Positions 59,150-64,000 of a stretch of 64,000 nucleotides of DNA are shown here, in pieces. The position numbers and the translations under genes were made by a program. The number at the start of each line of letters is the position of its first letter. Within the stretch, counting starts at the first letter, position 1. The notes under the pieces were generated by a model. That model saw nothing but the letters and a program-made list of their open reading frames with translations. It searched no databases and had not been told where the DNA came from. Origin of the DNA: the human T2T-CHM13v2.0 reference genome, Homo sapiens. Where the stretch lies: the NCBI RefSeq assembly GCF_009914755.1, contig NC_060943.1. The stretch is one strand, 5' to 3'.

Positions 59150-59393
59150 CTCATTCTCTCCTGTTCACCTTCACGTTACTCTGCTTTCTTTTTCTTCTCA
59201 GCACTCATTTCTCCGAGATACTGCAATACAGACTGATGTATGAATTCTCACTGCACCCCCAGTATTAGAATGGAAGCTCCATGAGGGAAAAGACATTGCC
59301 CTGTTCACTGCGGATTCCAGGTACCTAAACCAATTCCTGACACAAAGCAGTGGTTCAGTAAATATTTGCGAATAAGCAAATAAATGAATGGAT
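59150..59393 (+). mobile_element. L2a 3' end
   Basis: tagaatggaagctccatgaggg...tgttcactgc...cctgacaca...agtaaatatttg...aaatgaatgg. Confidence 0.8.
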
Positions 59394-59793
59394 CATGTAA
59401 CCAGGACACTGACCAACTCTCTGGCTTGCACAACGCTAAGAAGAGACTTAAAGCTGATGGTTAAATCTTCTTGTGTCTGCTCATCACCAAAAGGACACCT
59501 CTTGTGTCCAGTGTCTGGAGGGAAAAATTCAAATTCAAATGCGGAACCTGCTTGCAAACATAGCATTGTCTGTGATGTGGTCCTGTGGAGTCAATCAAAA
59601 GTCCTGTTCAGACAGCTTTTTGCTGTGTTCATCCTATAAAATTTCAGACTGAAGCCTGACTGAAAAAAAAATGCTTAAGAGATGTTGGAGTCAACAAGAT
59701 GTTGAATACCTCATGGCAGTGGTGAACTTGCTGTAAGCCTATGAGCAGAAGTTCAATCCAAGGATGGATGCACACCTATTAAGAATGCCTTGG

Positions 59794-60078
59794 GGCTCAG
59801 TGCGGTGGCTCACACCTGTAATCCCAGCGTTTTGGAGGCCAAGGTGGGTGGATCTGAGGTCAGAAGTTCAAGACCAGTCTGGCCAACATGGCAAAACCCT
59901 GTCTCTACTAAAAATACAAAAAGTAGCCGGGCGTGATGGCGGGCACCTGTAATCCCAGCTACTCCAGAGGCTGAGGCTTGAGCCTGGGAAGCAGAGGTTG
60001 CAGTGAGCCAAGATCATGCCACTGCATTCCAGCCTGGGCAACACAGTGAGTCTCTGTCTCAAACAAACACACACGAAA
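59794..60078 (+). mobile_element. AluS with small internal deletions
   Basis: TSD aaga(a/g)tgccttgg. Confidence 0.94.
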
Positions 60079-60170
60079 AAGAGTGCCTTGGAAAGAACTC
60101 CAAAATGAAAATGAGTGAGAGGTCAGAAATTAGAACCTAAGGTTCCTTATGACTTTGACATGTTACAATC

Positions 60171-61032
60171 TGTGGTAGGCAGAATAATGGCCCCATCAAA
60201 ATGTTCACACCCTAAGCCTGGTCCTGGGATTCTGTTAACTCACATGACAAAAGGGACTTTGCAGGTGTGATTAAAATGTAAATCCTTGAAATGGGAGTTT
60301 GCCCTGGATTATCCAAGAGGGCCCCAAATTACTACTTAAATTCTTTAAAAAAAAAAAAAAGACTCTTCCTGGCTTTGATCAGAGTGAAAAATATGAAGTG
60401 TCAGAGTGATGCGACATTGTCAGCTTTAAAGATGGACAAAAGGGCCATGAGTCAAAGCACAAGGGTGGCCCCTAGAAGCTGGAAAACGCAAGGAAATGAA
60501 TTCTGTACTTGAGCCTCTGATGTGGTTTAGCTGCGTCCCCACCCAAATCTTGAATTGTAGCTCCCATAATTTCCACGTGTCATGGGAGGGACCCAGTGGA
60601 GGGTAATTGAATCATGGGGGCAGGTCTTTCCCATGTTGTTCTCCTGATAGCATATAAGTCTCAGGAGATCTGATGGTTTTATAAAGGGCAGTTCCCCTGC
60701 ACATGCTTTCTCTCTTGCCTGCCGCCATGTAAGATGTCCCTTTCCTCTTCCTTCATCTTCCGCCATGATTGTGTGGCCTCCCCAGCCAAGTGGAACTGTG
60801 AGTCCATTAAACCTCTTTCCTCTGTAAACTACCCAGTCTTGGATATGTCTTTATTAGCAGCGTGAGAACAGACTAGTACAGCCTCCAAATGGAACACAGC
60901 CCTACTGGCAGTCTTAGTCCAGTGGTACCTGTGCCAGATTTCAACCAATAAAACTGCAAGATGATAAACTTGTATTGTTTAAGCCACTGAGTTTGTGGGA
61001 ACTTGTTACAGCAGCAGTCAAAAACTAATACA
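60171..61032 (+). mobile_element. MLT1D-like MaLR LTR split by THE1B
   Basis: tgtggtaggcagaataatggcccc...aaaagggactttgcaggtgtgattaa...tttaagccactgagtttgtgg...aactaataca. Confidence 0.88.
60518..60880 (+). mobile_element. THE1B-like solo LTR
   Basis: tgatgtggtttagctgcgtccccacccaaatc...gagaacagactagtaca; TSD gcctc. Confidence 0.94.
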
Positions 61033-61959
61033 CAGTCTTATGATTTCTTGTCCCAAACAAGGCAACATTGTTTATCAGAAAATTCCTGATCCCAAGGTTA
61101 TTCCACTTTTGACCTCCAGCATGATAAAAATGAGTGCCATGAAGGCTGGTCTTACCCTAAGCTGGCAAAGTAACTGAAGAGACCAGAAGAGAACATGTCA
61201 AGTTTTAGAAGGGGCATTCTGACCCAAGGGAGTTCAGTATTCAATTTAAATCCTAGAAAGTATGTTCTTCCATACAATTAAATTTTAAAATTTAATTTAA
61301 ATTTACAAATGAAATTTTTCAGAGCAAGAAGCCAAATTGGGCCACCCTTTTTCCTCCTTTTTAGATTGGTGAGATTCAAGTGACTCCCCTGCGTTCACAG
61401 CCCACACAGCCACATGTGTTGCTTAAGATAAGAAGATGGAAACATCATATCTGAGGTGGGGACTAGGCTGGAGGAATAAGCTTGCAGGAAAAGCCCATTA
61501 ATTCCTCTGCAGAAAGCTGTCCTTCTATATTTCTTGAATCAGGACAACAGAATAATTCCACCTTCAGACTTTGAGGAAGGCAATACTATAAAAATCCATC
61601 AATTTCCAGGCCATATTTGTATGGGAAACTTATTTTTGTCCCAACTCCCATGCAACAGGCCTCAGCCTGTCCATTTTGGAACCACAGCAAATATTCAAAC
61701 ATGTTGAATTGGAAAAGGAATAATTGTCCTACCTTGTAACTCACTATGATTTAACGTATAAATGTAATATCCTTATATTATTTAATATCATCTGCATGTC
61801 TTCCATGTTGGGAAACCCAAGGCTACTTCATCAAACCTCCTGCAGCTTTCTCAGACTGGGACCCAAATTGAACTTCTCCTATTCAAGATCTCCAGCTTCT
61901 CCCCATTACTCACCCTCAGTCTTCTTCCTAGCAAAATGGCCTGAGTGTACACACATAGG

Positions 61960-64000
61960 GGCTGGGGAAAAATAGAATCCAGGCCCAGATCCAGTCTGAG
62001 GAAGTCCACCTAACGGTAATTTCCACATCCCCAAAATGTATCATCGGAATAGACATCCTTGGAACTTAGCAGATCTCCAGAGTGGCTCCTTGGACCTTTG
62101 GGCAAGAACCATCATGGTGCAGAAGGTCAAGTGGTAGTCTCTCAAGTTGTTCCTGCACCATCCAACATAGAAAATACGCATATGATGGAAGGGTGGTAGG
62201 TTCCATCATACCGCATTAATTCACCAGTCTGATTCCTACAAAAACAAGGTAGATCATGAAGGGTGACAGTAGACAACCTCGGTGAGATGCATGCCCTCCA
62301 GAGGGTGGCAGATAAGCCCTAAGAAATTTCAGAGACCCACCAAGTCAATGAAGTTTTTGAGGATCCAATGATCAAAGACATACCAGGGACCCGGTGGGGT
62401 GGTTCACGCCTGTAATCCCAGCAATTTGGGAGGCCAAAGAGGGCAGATCATTTGAGGCCAGAAGTTTGAGACCAGCCTGACCAACATGGTGAAACACCAA
62501 CCATCTCTACAAAAAAAAGAAAAAATAGCCAGGTGTGACATAGCCTGTAGTCCCAACTAGTCAAGAGGCTGAGGCATGAGAATCACTTGAACCTGGAGCT
62601 GGAGGTTGCAGTAAGCCAAGATCATGCCAGTGCACTCCAGCCTGGGTGATAGAAAGAGATTCTGTCTCCAAAAAAAAAAAAAAAGTACATACCAGAACAT
62701 CCCATCTGTAGGGAAGGACACCTCACATTTCACACTGCATCTCACATTTCACTTTGTCAGCTACACCTCTGTGGGTTCTGGAAGCAGCTATCCCACATTT
62801 CAGAATATTGCTGCTATCCATGTACTGAGTGACAGGAGTGTCTTCCATTGAAAGGGGCACCAATCAGGAGAGGTCTCTGCAACTTGACCAAGACCTGGTG
62901 AATTCCTCATGACCCAGCAGACACAGGGTCACTGAGGTGGAAAACGACTATCCAGAATTTATGCAGTAAGAAAGTATGCACCATATGCAAATAAACAAAA
63001 CAACAACAACTCATGGTTTACTTGTGGGCCCTGGTAGAGACAGATTTTCCGCCCACGGAATGCCTAGTTACCACCCAGTTACCAACCAGTAGGAGCTTTC
63101 CATCATGAACTGGGTTTTGTCAGAGCCACCAAGTTATAAGGTCAGGTAGATCCAGAACTTATCCATTGTAATATGGAAGAATTTTATCTAGAATTGGCAT
63201 GAGTAGGACCACAGGGCACAGGTAGGCTGCATGAGCTGGTAGCCCAGACCCCTATGACACCCACTACTGATCCAGCAGCACCTCCTTCCTCAGCTAACAC
63301 CTGCGGAACCCTGGTGACCCCTCTAAGCAGCTGGTGGAGAAAGAAAAAGGCTAATCTTGGTTCTTAGCTCAGTGTGTGAATACAAGCTGCAAACAGACCC
63401 CTGCTGTGATATACAGTCCCACAGAGTCATGGCTTTGAAAGACAGTAGTTAGGGAAAAATTCTTCCCCATAGCCGACCTTCAGGTGGTGAATCTGGTAAT
63501 TTACTCTGTATGGAAAAATAAGTGGGCTGACATAAGAATACATGTAGAGTCATGGGTAGTAGCAAATGGCTTGGCTGGTTGGTCAAGAGCCCTGGAAAAG
63601 GAACAGCTGGAAGACTGAAGACAAAGAGACCTGGGAAAGAGAGGATTATGGATGGGTCTATGAGAAGGCACAAGTGGGATGATCCTTGTATTACACAATA
63701 ATGCCATTAGGGAGCAGTCATCATGGAAGAAGCAGTAAACAATCAAGTAGAAAGAATGACTCGGCCCGTTGATATGGGACTAATTTCTGTCATTGGTCAT
63801 TGGGCTTGCACAGTGGCCACATGAATGCAGCAAAGACCTGATAGCACAAACATTATGCATGGGCCCAGTAGCATGAACCCCTATTCCCTAAGACTTATCT
63901 AGTTCCTAGCACCACCAAATATCCAGCTTGCCAGCCACAGCGACCAATGTGTTAATCCCTAATGTGACTTCATACCAAAAGAAGGCTAACCATCCACTTG
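61960..64000 (+). mobile_element. Decayed ERVL-class internal region (protease-RT-RNase H-integrase), runs off the window
   Basis: VISTSPKCIIGIDILG (~VISPVPECIIGIDIL) near 62020; ANGLAGWS near 63560; AQWPHE...YAWAQ*H...CQPQRP (integrase N-terminus) at 63800-63950; many stops. Confidence 0.85.
62388..62684 (+). mobile_element. Alu (old S/J-type) inside the ERVL
   Basis: Dimeric Alu with poly-A; flanks share acataccag. Confidence 0.93.

Overview
Primate (human-like) genomic DNA, apparently intergenic or deep intronic. I find no credible protein-coding exon, RNA gene or CRISPR array. Most of the window is layered, decayed transposable elements: about 20 Alus (J/S/Y-type), old L1M and younger L1PA/L1PB pieces, L2/MIR relics, MaLR LTRs (MST/THE1/MLT1), ERV1 LTRs (MER66-, MER41A-like), two decayed ERVL internal regions (about 5.5-12.3 kb minus; 62-64 kb plus) and a near-full-length Tigger1. 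The supplied ORFs are explained by these repeats, by simple repeats or by chance. Subfamily names come from recalled consensus sequences, not from a search. I do not see a new biological system. The structure that repeat annotation alone does not explain is a set of locally templated rearrangements: a self-referential inverted duplication inside the ERVL (10000-10634), a two-donor templated insert splitting an AluJ (48223-48587), a fold-back palindrome cluster (11141-11264), a 110-bp duplication across an L1/ERVL junction, and a 47-bp copy 2 kb from its partner. There is also a hierarchical purine-triplet repeat born inside an L1 (1995-2487) and repeat-poor candidate regulatory blocks with a CTCF-like motif (about 51-57.7 kb).
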